Of a stretch of DNA of 64,000 nucleotides, positions 16,070-29,652 are shown piece after piece. Made by a program: the position numbers and the translations under genes. This DNA is from the human T2T-CHM13v2.0 reference genome, Homo sapiens, in NCBI RefSeq assembly GCF_009914755.1, contig NC_060927.1; one strand, given 5' to 3'. The notes beneath the pieces were generated by a model, which saw only the letters and a list, made by a program, of their open reading frames with translations, did not search any database and had not been told where the DNA came from. Position 1 is the stretch's first letter. Each line of letters starts with the position of its first letter.

Positions 16070-16540
16070 TCATTTATTCTTTTCAACTTTTATGTTCGTG
16101 GGGTACATGTTTGTTACATGGATAAATTGTGTGTCACAGGGGTTTGTTGTACAAATTATTTTATCTCCCAGGTAATAAGCATAGTATCCAGTAGGTACTC
16201 ACCCTCCTTCCACCTTCCCACCTCAAGTGGGCCCCAGTGTCTATTGTTCTCTTGTGTCCACGTTTATTTCATGTTTAGCTCCCACTTATAAGTGAGAACA
16301 TGCAGTATTTGATTTTCTCTTCCTACATTAATCACCTTAGGATAATGACCTCCAGCTGGATTCATGTTGCTGCAAAGGACGTCACCTCATTCTTTTTTAT
16401 GGCTGTGTAGTATTCCATTGTGTATATGTACCAAATTTTCTTTATCTAGTCCATCATTTATGGGTATTTAGGCTGAGTCCATGTTTTTGCTACTGTAAAT
16501 AGTGCTGCAATGAACATACATGTGTATGTGTCTTTATGGT
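16070..16540 (-). mobile_element. L1PA-type 3' end fragment
   Basis: GCTCCCACTTATAAGTGAGAACATGC...TTCTTTTTTATGGCTGTGTAGTATTCCA. Confidence 0.85.
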
Positions 16541-16549
16541 AGAAAGTAA

Positions 16550-16855
<306 letters not shown>

Positions 16856-17082
16856 GTAAAGGATTATTTTTAAAAGATTATGAAATACATCCCTAAGTAA
16901 CCAAGCCTCAAAGATGTACATCAAAGAAATGAGGGAAAGGCCAAAACTTTTGCTTATGCTTATTAAACACTATAATCTTTGGCTCAGCCCTGACCCAATA
17001 GCGGATCTTGATTTCCTCTCCAGATTTTTCTGTCATCCTCACCCACTCTGCCCATCCATCACTGAAACAGAACATTCCTCTG

Positions 17083-17142
17083 CTTACATACACCCTCACT
17101 ACCACCTGAATTCTTACATACTCCCTCACTACCACCTGAATT
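17083..17142. repeat. 30-bp tandem duplication
   Basis: CTTACATAC(A/T)CCCTCACTACCACCTGAATT twice. Confidence 0.9.
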
Positions 17143-19649
17143 CTAGGACCCAAGTCCAGGGCCCAGAGCCCCAGCTTCTTGCCTCTAGTATCTTTTCACT
17201 AAAGCCAATCTCTTGTTACCAACCCCCCAAAAGTGGTATTTACTCAACAGTTTTCAAAATAAAATATGCCTCAATTATAATTTGTGCAAAATAAACCACT
17301 AGTCATAGGCATACACATCTACAGATAAAAGCTGTAAAAGTAAATATAACTTTAAAAGTCTGCCACTTTTTTCCTTTGTTAACTCAATTCTTCGTTAAAT
17401 TTTTACTTCGCTGGAGGAAATATTTGCTCTAGAGAGTGTATTTCTTAAAAGGAGAGGACTGCTATTGGTATTTAGGGAAGGACGATTCATTGTGCCAGAC
17501 CGTGCCACACATAGTGAGATGTTTAGTACCCTTGGCCCTACCCAGTGAGGGCAATAAAGATGACTTCAGGAATGCAGCATGGCTAGCAACCAACTACACC
17601 TTGGCATTGTCTCCGTGGAAGAGGAAATGGGAGTGACTCCCAGTGGAATGTAAGCCCAGAAGATAAATTAAGGTTGATTGCAGGAAAATAAAATTACATT
17701 TCTTGCACATGAGTTTGGGAGTTTGGGGATGAAGCTTGGCACTCAATTAACTCCTATGTAGCGGAAAGAATTCAAGATTAGGAACAGCGCTGCCATGGAC
17801 ATGTATACAACACCTAAGCGAGCACCAGTCAAATCATATACATTACAGCCTTGTCTATTTATTAAGACAAATTTCTCATTAATGGAAGTATCATGAGAGG
17901 GAGGCACTTTTTCTAATTTGAGCAAAGATGCCATTATGGACTAGAGGCAGCCCTACTGGGAGTTTGAAGACCTTGGGATCTATGCTCTTACAGGTCACTT
18001 AATCGGTATGCACCATTTTCCCATCTTTCAAAAAGATATAAAGCAAAACTGTTAGAGGACTGGTAAGTCAGCTGACTGTAAAGAAGATAAACATGAAAAA
18101 TAAAATGAAACATATTTTTTAGAAAAGGAATGCATGATATTTTACATTTCTTTTTAATTTGAAGAAAGATTGTGGGATTAGACAGAGGTCCCCAAACTAT
18201 CTTAGTTCATGAGCCCTTAGTTCCTCAGTAATTTTTTCATTGTGCCCCCTAGGTTTAAAGAAATACTGAATAGGTCCGTTATTGTATAATTTAGATACAA
18301 ACAGCGTATTTCTGACCTAAAAACTCAGTACCTTTAAAAAATAATGCACATAAATTGAAAGAAACATATTTTTGTATAATTCTTAAATAATCATACTAAC
18401 AGATGGGTGCCCGCCTAGCACAGCACAATTTTTCAAACTTTAGAAACAGACTGAATGTTGCCACCAATCTTTCCTGTTCCACATTGACAGGTACTTCATT
18501 TTCATCATAGTAACTTTCAGAAACCTACCTTTCCAATGATATGACATCATCTAAAACAATGTAGTGCAATCTAATATTGAAATATGTGAACTGCCCTAAA
18601 CTAGTACATTGAACAATGTCTAACACATGCCAAGTTTCTCTCAAAATTTGTCCCATAGCCCCTTGTGAGTTCGCTATGGCATCTCATTCTCAGAGGACCT
18701 CTGTGCACTGTTTAAGACAAAGGGATTAGGACAACGAAACCCTAGACACATTGAGCTTAATTGTGGTAAAGGTGTTTGTAATGGCCTAATATTCACGGCT
18801 CTGGAAAGCTATAATTAAGTTAAAAGTTCAGCACTCAAGAGCCTGTTTATTTTCTTTTGGGCACTTGAGATAATGTCTTCAGAAACATTATGAAAATTCT
18901 GAGGTGCTGTAACAGTATTTGTAAAATTAGCTGGGGAAAGAGTTGTCCACTAGGATGTAAGTTCCGAAAGGCCAGGGAGTTTTGTAACCTCAGTGTCTAG
19001 AATAATGTCTGGGATATTACTAGTCCTTAATAAGTATTTGATAAATTAATGAAAGAAACACGAAATCACTTACATATTGAAGTCTTGGTGTTTTTAATAG
19101 AGTTGCAGAGTTGGCTTGGGTTTCATCCTTTTCTCTGTTTTTCCTTAGTCAGTGTCCTTCCAAATGAAACCTAAGCAACAGTGTAGTTACAGATTATAGA
19201 TGTAAAAGTGTTTACTGCAAATATTTGCTCCATAAATAGTTAATTTTTAAAATAGGGAGGCAAAGTACGGATGGTGGTGAGGATACAGGCTTTGGGGTAA
19301 GACAAATCTGGGTTTGAATTGAGTGACATCAAATTTCAATCATCAAAATTTAATCAAATTATCAACTTTCAAATCAATTATCAAAATTCAATTATCAAAT
19401 TTATCTGGGTCCCAGCTTTTTTTAATGCAATTTAGGGATAAACATAATATTAGACATGGTTGCTGTAAAGGTTAAACGAGAAAACATATGTGAAGCACTT
19501 AGTGCAATCCTTGGAATATATGAAGTGTAAATGAGAGCTATTACCCTATTAGGCAATTTTCAGTTTACTTGGCTCATCTCATTCCTCACTCAGAAGGTGA
19601 GTTTTAAGGCATATGAGTAGGACTGTACATTATATACACCAGGCAAATG

Positions 19650-19980
19650 CTACTTTAGCACTGCCCTGGAATGCTTTTCCACTAGACATCCACTTCCTTC
19701 CTGTGGGTCTTTGCTCAAATTCCCCTTAGTGAGGCGTACACAAAACTTGCTATTTATAATTGCACCTCTCCATACTCCTTACCCTGATCAGCTTTTCTCC
19801 CTAACACTTATCACCTTACAATATACTATTTTCTATTTTGTTTATTTTGAGTCTGTCCTTACAAGAACATAAACTCCGGGAAGGCAGAGATTTTTGTCCG
19901 TTTTGTTCAATGATGCCTAAGGTCGTAGATCAGTCCCCAACACTGGGTAGTCACTCAATAAATATTTGTAGAATTGAATT
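19650..19980 (+). mobile_element. L2 3' end remnant
   Basis: AGAACATAAACTCCGGGAAGGCAGAGA...GTAGTCACTCAATAAATATTTG. Confidence 0.6.
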
Positions 19981-22009
19981 TATGTGATGTGAATATATTC
20001 CCACTGAATTTTGTACTTTTTAGTTTGGGTCCATTTAGCTTGTCAGCATGATTTTGAAAAATGATTACCCGCTTTCATCCTGCATCTTTAAGTATGACTC
20101 ATCACTCACATACCATATAACCAGCACTCACAGAGGAAAGCTCCAGGTACCCAGCTCAGTTCAATTACTAGCTGTGTGAACCTTGGCAATTTATTCAGCT
20201 TCTCTGTGTCTTGAATGCATCATCTATACATGGGGATAAAAGCCATCTCTACTCCATAAAACTGCTAATGAGGATTCAATGAGGTAATGCATATGGAGTG
20301 CCTACAACAGTGCCTGGCACACATTCAATAAATATTAGCTATTATGATTATATTTACAGCCAAGTCCAGGACCCTCTCCTCTCAGTCCTGTTCTGCATCT
20401 CTATTCCTCCCATGCTGGAGTATTCATTCTCTCCTGACCCACGCTTTCTTTCATTTCCACCTCTTACCCATCAGTTCTGAAAATGATGTCAAGGTCTCTT
20501 CAGTGCCAACTCTGCTCTGCCCTCCTTTTTTTTTTTTTTTGCATTTGTCATTAGATCCAAACTGCTTTCACAAGGTTCAGCTAATTCCCTGACTAACCTG
20601 TGCCTGGACTAAAGCTTTTATAACAATGTGATTCTAAAAAAGTTCCCACAGAAACTAGAGGGTAACATTACAAATTTACTTGGCCTTAATCCAGAACTAT
20701 TTTAACACCATCTTTTATCACATAACTTACTCCATTTCAAGTTTTTTTTTAAGTGTGGCCTCCTTCACATCTTGTGCTTATACTATTTTAAAGAGAAAAA
20801 CAATTTAAGGTCTTATAAAACAATTTTGTTTGCCTTGAAATTTATTTAGAAATTTTCGAAATTTTGTGTATATGTTCTCTGAGCTTTATTCTGAGTCCAG
20901 AGGAAAAGAAAATATCCTCTTTCCTGGATGGGCTGTGCCATCTCATCTTGGGCTGTGAAGTCTGCCCTACCCCATGCCACCAGTCTCAGGGGAAGGAAGC
21001 TGCCAGAGAACTTGGCTAAAAAAGGGGGATGGGGAGTAAAAGATCCAAACGATTAAATTTCCAGCTCTCAAAATAACCCCTGACTACTCCTGTCACCTCC
21101 AAATCAGGGCTTGCACACTTCTTCATGCTGGCAAAGTGCCACCCCTCTGGCCTGATCCCAGGGGGCCCTGATGAGCTATGGACGCCCCTTTATCTCTGCA
21201 AGACAGCCACGTAGAGAAGCTGGGGAGCTCACTGAATTAAGGGTGGACATGCAAGATGTATTTTCTCTTTTCTTATACTCTTACCATTCTTCTCCTTAAT
21301 CTCTCTTCTGTCTTCCCCTCCATCTGTCTCCAGGCTCCTGAAAGGCCCCGTGATAGTGTTTTCTAAAACTTAGTAATTTGAGTACCACTATCACGATGTT
21401 CCTCTCCCCTGCTCTGCCTACCCCTCCGCCCCACCATATCCAAATTCCACCTGTTCTATTTGATAGCTTACTTTTTCACTTAAAAATGCAAAATCTAGCT
21501 CTTGATGTATATCACTGATTTAAATTTAAAATCAGTTTCCTTGCCATAAATAGAAAGCTCCCTGATAAATGTAATGCAAATAAAAACATATAGTAGTGGA
21601 ATTTTAGTTGGATATGGCTGCTTGCTGCAGGCCTGTGCCTGAAACCTGCTGTTAGGTTAAGAAATGCTGGAGAAGTGTTAAAAACATATCAGCATCGCAG
21701 TGAGACTTGATCTTTGAAAGAGAGACACAGAAGGACAACCGAAAAGAGAGCAGCTTTCTCAAGAGGTAAATAAGTTTGTTGAAATCTGATAGGCTTCATC
21801 CCATTTCCTTCAACAACTGAGTACACTATTTGCTAACTGTACTAAAAAACGTTTTGCACATTTTTTCTTATTATTTGCTCACAGCTTTTGACTACCAGAG
21901 AATGTTTCGGATACAGGACTAATTCCTGTGGATGACAGAATGCGACCGTTGAATGGGACATTGGGTGTCATCTGGTCCAAATCTTGACCCCTTTTCATTT
22001 TCCCCGAAA

Positions 22010-22560
22010 GAAAGACTTGCGGCTCGGAACCGAGGGCGGCATGCCCAAGGTCACAGAAAGGGTGGTCTAATGTTTTGGTTCCTGCAGCCCAGAGAACAAG
22101 CTATCCCATCCCACAGGAGCCTTGGCGAAAAGCTCCCCGGCCGGCGCAAGGCCAGACTTCTCGCCTCCACTGTGTTGATTGCGGTTGCCAGGGCAGCGGC
22201 GCATTGCTCCCCGCCTCGTCCTGGTGACGTCACAGAGCAATGTCCAATGGGAAAGCAGCTCGGTGTCACGCACCTCCTATCCCGGCGGGCACCGCCTGCG
22301 CCGCGGCGAGTGAGGCGTCGTCCGTACTGGAGGCTAGCTCTTGTCGCGGCCGCGGCGAGTTAACATCGTTTTTCCAATCTGTCCGCGGCTGCCGCCACCC
22401 AAGACAGAGCCAGAATGTTCAGGATGCTGAACAGCAGTTTTGAGGATGACCCCTTCTTCTCGTGAGTTACGGGAGCCAGGAGTCCGGGGTCGCGCGGGAA
22501 TTAAGGTATCGAGGGGAGCTATTTTAAGGGAAAAGAGCGAGTTTTAGAGGGCGAGAGAGA
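22010..22560. promoter_or_regulatory. MLF1: CpG island / MLF1 promoter (probably bidirectional)
   Basis: High CpG density around exon 1; X-box-like GTTGCCAGGGCAGC 22184-22197, palindromic CRE TGACGTCA 22225-22232, CCAAT 22244-22248; no clear TATA box. Confidence 0.85.
22415..22461 (+). CDS. MLF1: MLF1 exon 1 coding part (MFRMLNSSFEDDPFF-S)
   Basis: ATG at 22415 (A at -3); donor TC|GTGAGT; matches the known MLF1 N-terminus. Confidence 0.97.
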
Positions 22561-22599
22561 ATTCGGAGTAACTCTGGAGGCGGTTTGAAGGAGACGAGG

Positions 22600-23990
22600 A
22601 TTTGGAGGCCTGGGAGGGAAGAGAGAGGAGGATTTAGGGGTGTGTGAGACAGGGAAGAGACGGATTTGGGCGCATGAGGTGGAGAGAGGAGGGTTTGGAC
22701 GCGTGAGGTAGGCGGAGGGAAGTTTGGGGGCGTGAGGTGTGGGGAGGAGAGTTAAGGCTGGGAGTGGGGGGAGAAGAGTTGAGGCCGGGAGGTGGGGGGA
22801 GGAGAATTGAGGGCATGAGGTGGGGAGAAGAGGTTGAGGGCGTGAGGTGAGGGAAGGGTTTGGGAGCATGAGGTGGGAGGGAGGAGGGTTGAGGGCGTGA
22901 GGTGAGGGGAAGGGTTGAGGGTGTGAGGTGAGGGGAAGGGTTGAGGGCGTGAGGTGAGGGGAAGGGTTGAGGGCGTGAGGTGAGGGGAAGGGTTGAGGGC
23001 GTGAGGTGGGGGAAGGGTTTGAAAGCGTGAGGTGGGGGGAGGAGGGTTGAGGCTGTGAGGTGGGGGGAGGGTTTGGGAGCGTGGGGTGGGAGGAGGAGGG
23101 TTTGGGGGAGTAAGGTGGAGGGGGGAGGGTTGAGGGTGTGAGATGGACGAAGGAGGATTTGGGGGTGTGAGGCGTTTGGAGGAGGGTTGAGGGCGTGAGG
23201 TGGGGGGAGGGTTTGGGAGCATGAGGTGTGGGGGAGAGTTGAAGGTGTGAGGTGTAGGAGGAGGGTTGAGGACGTGAGGTGGGAGGAGGATTTGGGAGCA
23301 TGAGGTGTGGGGGAGGGTTGAGGGTGTGAGGTGAGGGGAAGGAGGGTTTTGGACCGCGAGGTGGGGGGAGGAGGGTTGAGGGCGTGAGGTGGGGGGACGG
23401 TTTGGGAGCATGAGGTGCAGGGGAGAGTTAAGAGCTTGAAGTGCAGGGACGAGGGTTGAGGGCGTGAGTTGGTGGGGAGGGTTTGGGAGTATGAAGTGCA
23501 GGGGAGGATTGAGGGCATGAGTTGGTGGGGATGGTTTGGGAGCGTGAGGTGGCGGTAAGAGGGTTGAGGGTGTGAGGTGGATGGAGGAGGATTTAGGGGC
23601 TGAGGAGGATTTGGGGGCATGAGGTGTGGGAGGAGGGTTGGGGAGAAGGGTTGAGGGCGTGAGTTGGTGGGAAGGGCTTGAGAGCATGATGTGGGAGGAG
23701 GGTTGAGGGCGTGAGGTAGGGGGAAGAGGTTTGAGGGTGAGAGGTAGTGGGACGAGGGAGGGTTGGGGCGTGAGGTGGAGGGAGGAGGGTTTGGGGGCAT
23801 GAGGTGTGGGGAAGAGGGTTTAGGGGCATGAGGTGTGGGGGTAGGAGGGTTGAGGGTGTGAGGTGGACAGAGGAGAGTTGATGGCGTGCAGTGGGGGGAG
23901 GAGGGTTTGGGGGCGTGAGGTCGCAGGAGGATGGTTGAGGACGTGAGGTAGAGAGTTGAGGGCCCCAGGTAGGGGGAGGAGGATTTGGCT
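22600..23990. repeat. G-rich, purine-biased degenerate minisatellite (unit ~26-30 nt, core GGGTTGAGGGCGTGAGGTG)
   Basis: Dozens of diverged copies; near-identical GGGTTGAGGG(C/T)GTGAGGTGAGGGGAA run at ~22886-22990. Confidence 0.95.
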
Positions 23991-24411
23991 GCATGAGATG
24001 GAAAGAAGGCCCTTCCTCACACTCCCGGGGTGCCTGCTGCTTTCCATTTGGCCGGACTTTGGGTGCCCGTCATGGCTTCCTGTGTGCAGAGTTGGCCTTT
24101 GCAGCTTCAAGGGCTTTGCAGGTGACATAACTACCATCTCGGTGAAACTTATGGTGAGAATTATGTTCACATAATTGCAAATGGGAGCAGGGAATATTTT
24201 ATAGCTCCTCTTTAAATTCCAAATAGGAACAGGTAATATTTTATAGCATGACAGTTCATTGAAAAGGGGAAGTTTTTAAAACAGCATTTTCCATGTGAGT
24301 GGGGAATGTGTCAATGAGAGCACGACAAAGTTGGAGAGTTGTGCTTTCTCTTCGAAGTTGTTGGAAGTTGCCATGCCAATTGCGCTGTTTTCTTTGCTCG
24401 CTTTGTTACAG

Positions 24412-24548
24412 AGCTAACCTTGTTTGTGAAGGGACTCCGCTTTCTGTCAAAACTAGAAATAGGACAGGGAAGCTGATGGGGCGGGGCGGGGGGAGGGGGG
24501 CGGGAGGAGGGCGGCGGGGGGGGGGGGGGTGTGTATTTAACACCTCAG
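24412..24548 (+). other. MLF1: Candidate alternative exon in MLF1 intron 1 (137 nt, frame-shifting)
   Basis: Pyrimidine tract + TTACAG acceptor at 24411; strong donor CAG|GTAAGC at 24548/24549. Confidence 0.4.
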
Positions 24549-24863
24549 GTAAGCAAGTGCCATTCGTTGCCTTTGAAGGTTCCCAGTGAAGTAATGTGAT
24601 GCCCTAGAAAGAAGGCATCCAGAAATTGGTTTCACTATTATTTATTTTTGAGTTGTGGGATTTTTTTTCCTTAATTCTAACTTTGGCCATTGTTACAAAC
24701 ACATTGACATAGTCTAGTTGTATCCCTAAGAGGGGAAATTTGTAATACTTTTTAGCCTAAGTGTTTTTTGCCAGTTTGAATTTTGATTTCAAGTCTAGTT
24801 TATTTTGATCCCTTAAATTTTCTAGGTTTGCAATTTGGAGAGCATTTTTTAAAAAGGTCTTAA

Positions 24864-25214
<351 letters not shown>

Positions 25215-25460
25215 ATGTTGTTGTTTAAATAAATGATTGACTTAAATATGTTAGTACTAATTTAAAGCAAAATAACATTAATAAAAAGATAATGAACAGT
25301 GGGAAATGAAATGGTTAATATAGAAAAATAAAATGATTAAAATTTTTTTCTGAAGATTATTTATTAAGGCATACATGAACTCAGGCAAATTTATTATGCC
25401 ATTTTAGTTAACGTGTTTAGGAGCTGTTGGGATATGGACAGTGTTATTTTAACAGGTTTA

Positions 25461-25818
<358 letters not shown>

Positions 25819-27786
25819 AATATTTAGCCAGAGAATATTATTTTGTAAAATCCATAATTTTATTATTTTGTATTACATAAGCTCTGGCTTTCAAGAGAAT
25901 CACAGTACTACAAATCCATAGATTATTGAGGTGTTGAAGTCATTCATATGTAAATATGACATCATACAATTGGTAACAGCTAAGAAGATTATGATAGACA
26001 ATTTTCGAGTTGTATTATATCCTTGATTATACCAAAAGTTGTTTTATATCCTTCATTGTTAAGGATTCCATCCTTAACTGTGAATGTGTAATGAGTATAA
26101 TATGTTCTTTAAAATGTCTAGCAGAAGTGTAATTTAAACTCTTGAGTGATTCTGAGCAGAGGCAATGAATTCAAGAGTCAGGGTCAGAAATAGTAACAGA
26201 CTACAAATAGTAAGCATACAGAAGAACTCTTCCTCTGTGCTTAGGGTGAAAAGGACCATCAGTTACTCTTTCAGTTATCACTATCTATAGCCTTTTTCAA
26301 ATGCAAGGAGCCATATCATAAAAATTGAAGGTAAAATTGTTGCAGTTAACTTTTTTTAAGCCTAATCTCCTTTATTCATCACAAAGCTTTTGCATAGACC
26401 TTTTAAATATACAAAATAGTGGCCAGAACTCTGCTTACAGACTACCATCTTTCATTACCACCATATTACAGTTAATTTTATAAAATTGATTCACACTTAA
26501 CAATTTCTTTTCTCCACAATGAATTATATTTAACACACTTTTGGGGATAAGGGAGAAAAAGAATATGAGTTTATGTTTATTTCGGGTAATCTATTTGACC
26601 CACCCGTTTTACCTCAACCCCCAAACAAAATGAGTATCCATTTCTTAAGTTAAACATAAAGAATTCATAAAGGTGACAAACTCCTTAATGAATCATCCAC
26701 TGACCTTAGGAACATAGAGATGTGAAACACATAGCTCATGCCCACTCTCTTTTATATAAATATTATCCCTGTTGCTAACATTGTGGTGGGTGGGTCATAG
26801 AGTCAGTAAATGTTGTTTAATGGTGAGTTGGTGTCCTTTATTCTCTTTCTTGTAGTCAATCTGGTATTTAGTTGATTGCTGAAAGTAATTATCATTTGCA
26901 TTCAACAAATAACATTGTTGATACTGGTATTTTCTAATTAGAACATTACGATTTTCTAAATAGTCCATTAGAGTTGCTTATATTGTTCACAATCAAGGTT
27001 ATTCAATATAAGCAAACGCTACTGATTTACTAATTATTCAAAAATGGACAAAAATGTATACTTCTTTGATATAAAAATAGAATTACTAGATACTACGATG
27101 CTGATAAGGTGCTGTGGTTAAATTGTTAATTGCTTAAAATATTTAAGTAAAAAGTAATTAAAATCTGTAGTTTTGAATTCAAATATATTCAGTTTCAATG
27201 TTTACCTTATTATAACAGTGCATCTTAAATGTTTCTTCAGAAAAGTAAAAGGAAATGTTAAAAGTTATATTTTAAAATTTGGTGTTTTATTACATACTTG
27301 GGATTTTTAAACTTTGGTATCTCATTATGTCTCAGGGCTGAAGTTATTTCATTGAAAATTTACATTACAGTATATTCAGATATACCTTCTTAAACAATAT
27401 CTGTTACTTGATTAAAAACACAAAGGTTAAAAGCTAGCACTTCCTGGCATGCAGTTCTCTCAAGAATACTATCTTTCTCTCACATCTGTATTTGCTAACA
27501 ATATGCATATTGTTAAGTACATATGTATAGACAAGAGGATTTTGAGGTTAAATGGTTTTGGCATCCTGTACCCTAAAAAACATCGATTATGTAGTATGAA
27601 AGTTTATAAATATTTAGTACGACCCAGAATTTTCTATTTGATACGAAACAGGAACTGTGAATCTTCTGAGCTACAAAAATGTAATTCTGATCGAGCAAGT
27701 CTACAAAGAATAATAACTATGTTACCACTTACCAGCTATTGGAGATAGAAAGCTCAGAAGCAGGCTGGCAAACCTGTCAACCTTAA

Positions 27787-28086
<300 letters not shown>

Positions 28087-29496
28087 AACCTTAATTTTTA
28101 ATCATAAATTATTGTTGTCTCTTCTTTAAGCCTCTCAGCTCTCCATATGAGCATCATATATCTGATGACCAGTATTTGGTTAAAGTACTGCATATATTCA
28201 CAGGATGTTACTTCTTCTATCTCCTTATATGTATAATCTCTATTTTAAAAATTTTTACAAATTTGTATTTATTTTATACTTGGAAGTAGTTGGATTTATT
28301 AAAGGACATTGCTTTGTCCTATCCACTGATGGAGTTCAAAGTGAATGTATTCTATGTACAAGATGTGGGTTAACTTTTTTATTGATGGAAAACATTCTCA
28401 TTGAAGGAAATAAAACCACCTTGTTAAGCTTTTGGAAACAGTATTCAAGGTTACTACTTAAATACTTGTTTAGACGTACAGTCTGAGGTAGAGTCTCTGC
28501 CAAATTGTCATAGCTTGGCTCTAGTTAATATTCTGCCACATATACCTCTCATTCTAAACAGTTGATAAAAGTAGCTTGAGAATACTCAGCTAAAATTTAA
28601 GTTACTTATTTTCAAGGTCCCACTTTATTCTAAGACCCTGAATACCTACTGTGAAATTACCTAGTATAATTGTTCTTAGGAATATTTTAATATATAAATT
28701 TCTTATAAATGAACTTTGCAAATTATAAGATCATATTTGAAAGAATGAGACACTGTAAGCCTTGTGCTGAAAGGATTTCTAAGGTATACTATTCATTTGG
28801 GGCATTCTTTGGTTCATGAGGTAAACACCACTGAATTAGGAGCCCAGGAACACAGCATGACTAGGACATGGTTGCTGGGTCAAAAATGCCATACAGTAGC
28901 ATGTACCCACAAGATAATTCCTACTTCTGCCAATTAATATTGTAAATATCCATGAAAAAGGAGTGAACTATTTATAGAATATCAGGGGAGCATAATCATT
29001 TCCACAATTTTTTTGATATCAAAGGCTTTTGCCACACCAACACTTTGTACTTCAAGACAATGGAAAAATAGAATTGCTTAATAAAAATGTAATTCATTCT
29101 TTAAATATTTCTTCAGTTTCTACTATAGGCCGAACCCTGTGGGTTCTCTTTTAAATTTTTAGATGTCTTGGTTCCTGCCCTCAAGATCCTTCTTTGAATG
29201 TTACATGCATTATTTCTAGTATCAAAACATGGATCTTCTGGTCTATTTTCCTTATAGACCAGTCTACCTCATTGAAACTAGGGAACATTTCTTTATGATC
29301 AAGAGAACCATAACCATCTGCTGGCTAAGCTTTTGCCACTACCATGTATAATGGAAGGGAGGAATTTCCCTTAATGAGTGAGCCTGCCATGTCAGTTATC
29401 TGAGAACCTTATGTAATAGGTAATGCTCTTTGCTTAGAAGCACAAGTATCTATATTCTTATATAGATGAAAAAGAAGTGTAACTTAGGCAAAATAA

Positions 29497-29518
29497 GTGT
29501 GTGTGTGTGTGTGTGTGT
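29497..29518. repeat. (GT)n microsatellite
   Basis: GT dinucleotide run. Confidence 0.9.
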
Positions 29519-29589
29519 ACATATGTATTTGAGAGAGTTTTAAAAACAATAAATTATTCTAAAGGGAGACATTACCAGCCCTTAAACAC

Positions 29590-29652
29590 ATGTATGTACG
29601 TATGTACATACATACATACAAACACACACACACACACACACACACGTACACA
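29590..29652. repeat. Compound (TACA)n/(CA)n microsatellite
   Basis: CATA repeats followed by a CA run. Confidence 0.9.

Noticed and set aside
22391-22402. Perfect Kozak-like GCCGCCACC in the 5' UTR
   Set aside because: Followed by CAA, which is not an ATG or near-cognate start
22240-22443. 67-aa ORF overlapping the MLF1 start out of frame (possible uORF)
   Set aside because: Its ATG lies among the promoter motifs (CRE/CCAAT), probably upstream of the main TSS
22519-23994. Long Pro/Ser/His-rich minus-strand ORFs (260, 388, 311, 133 aa)
   Set aside because: They are open in several frames at once because the C-rich minisatellite strand rarely forms stop codons; low-complexity artefact
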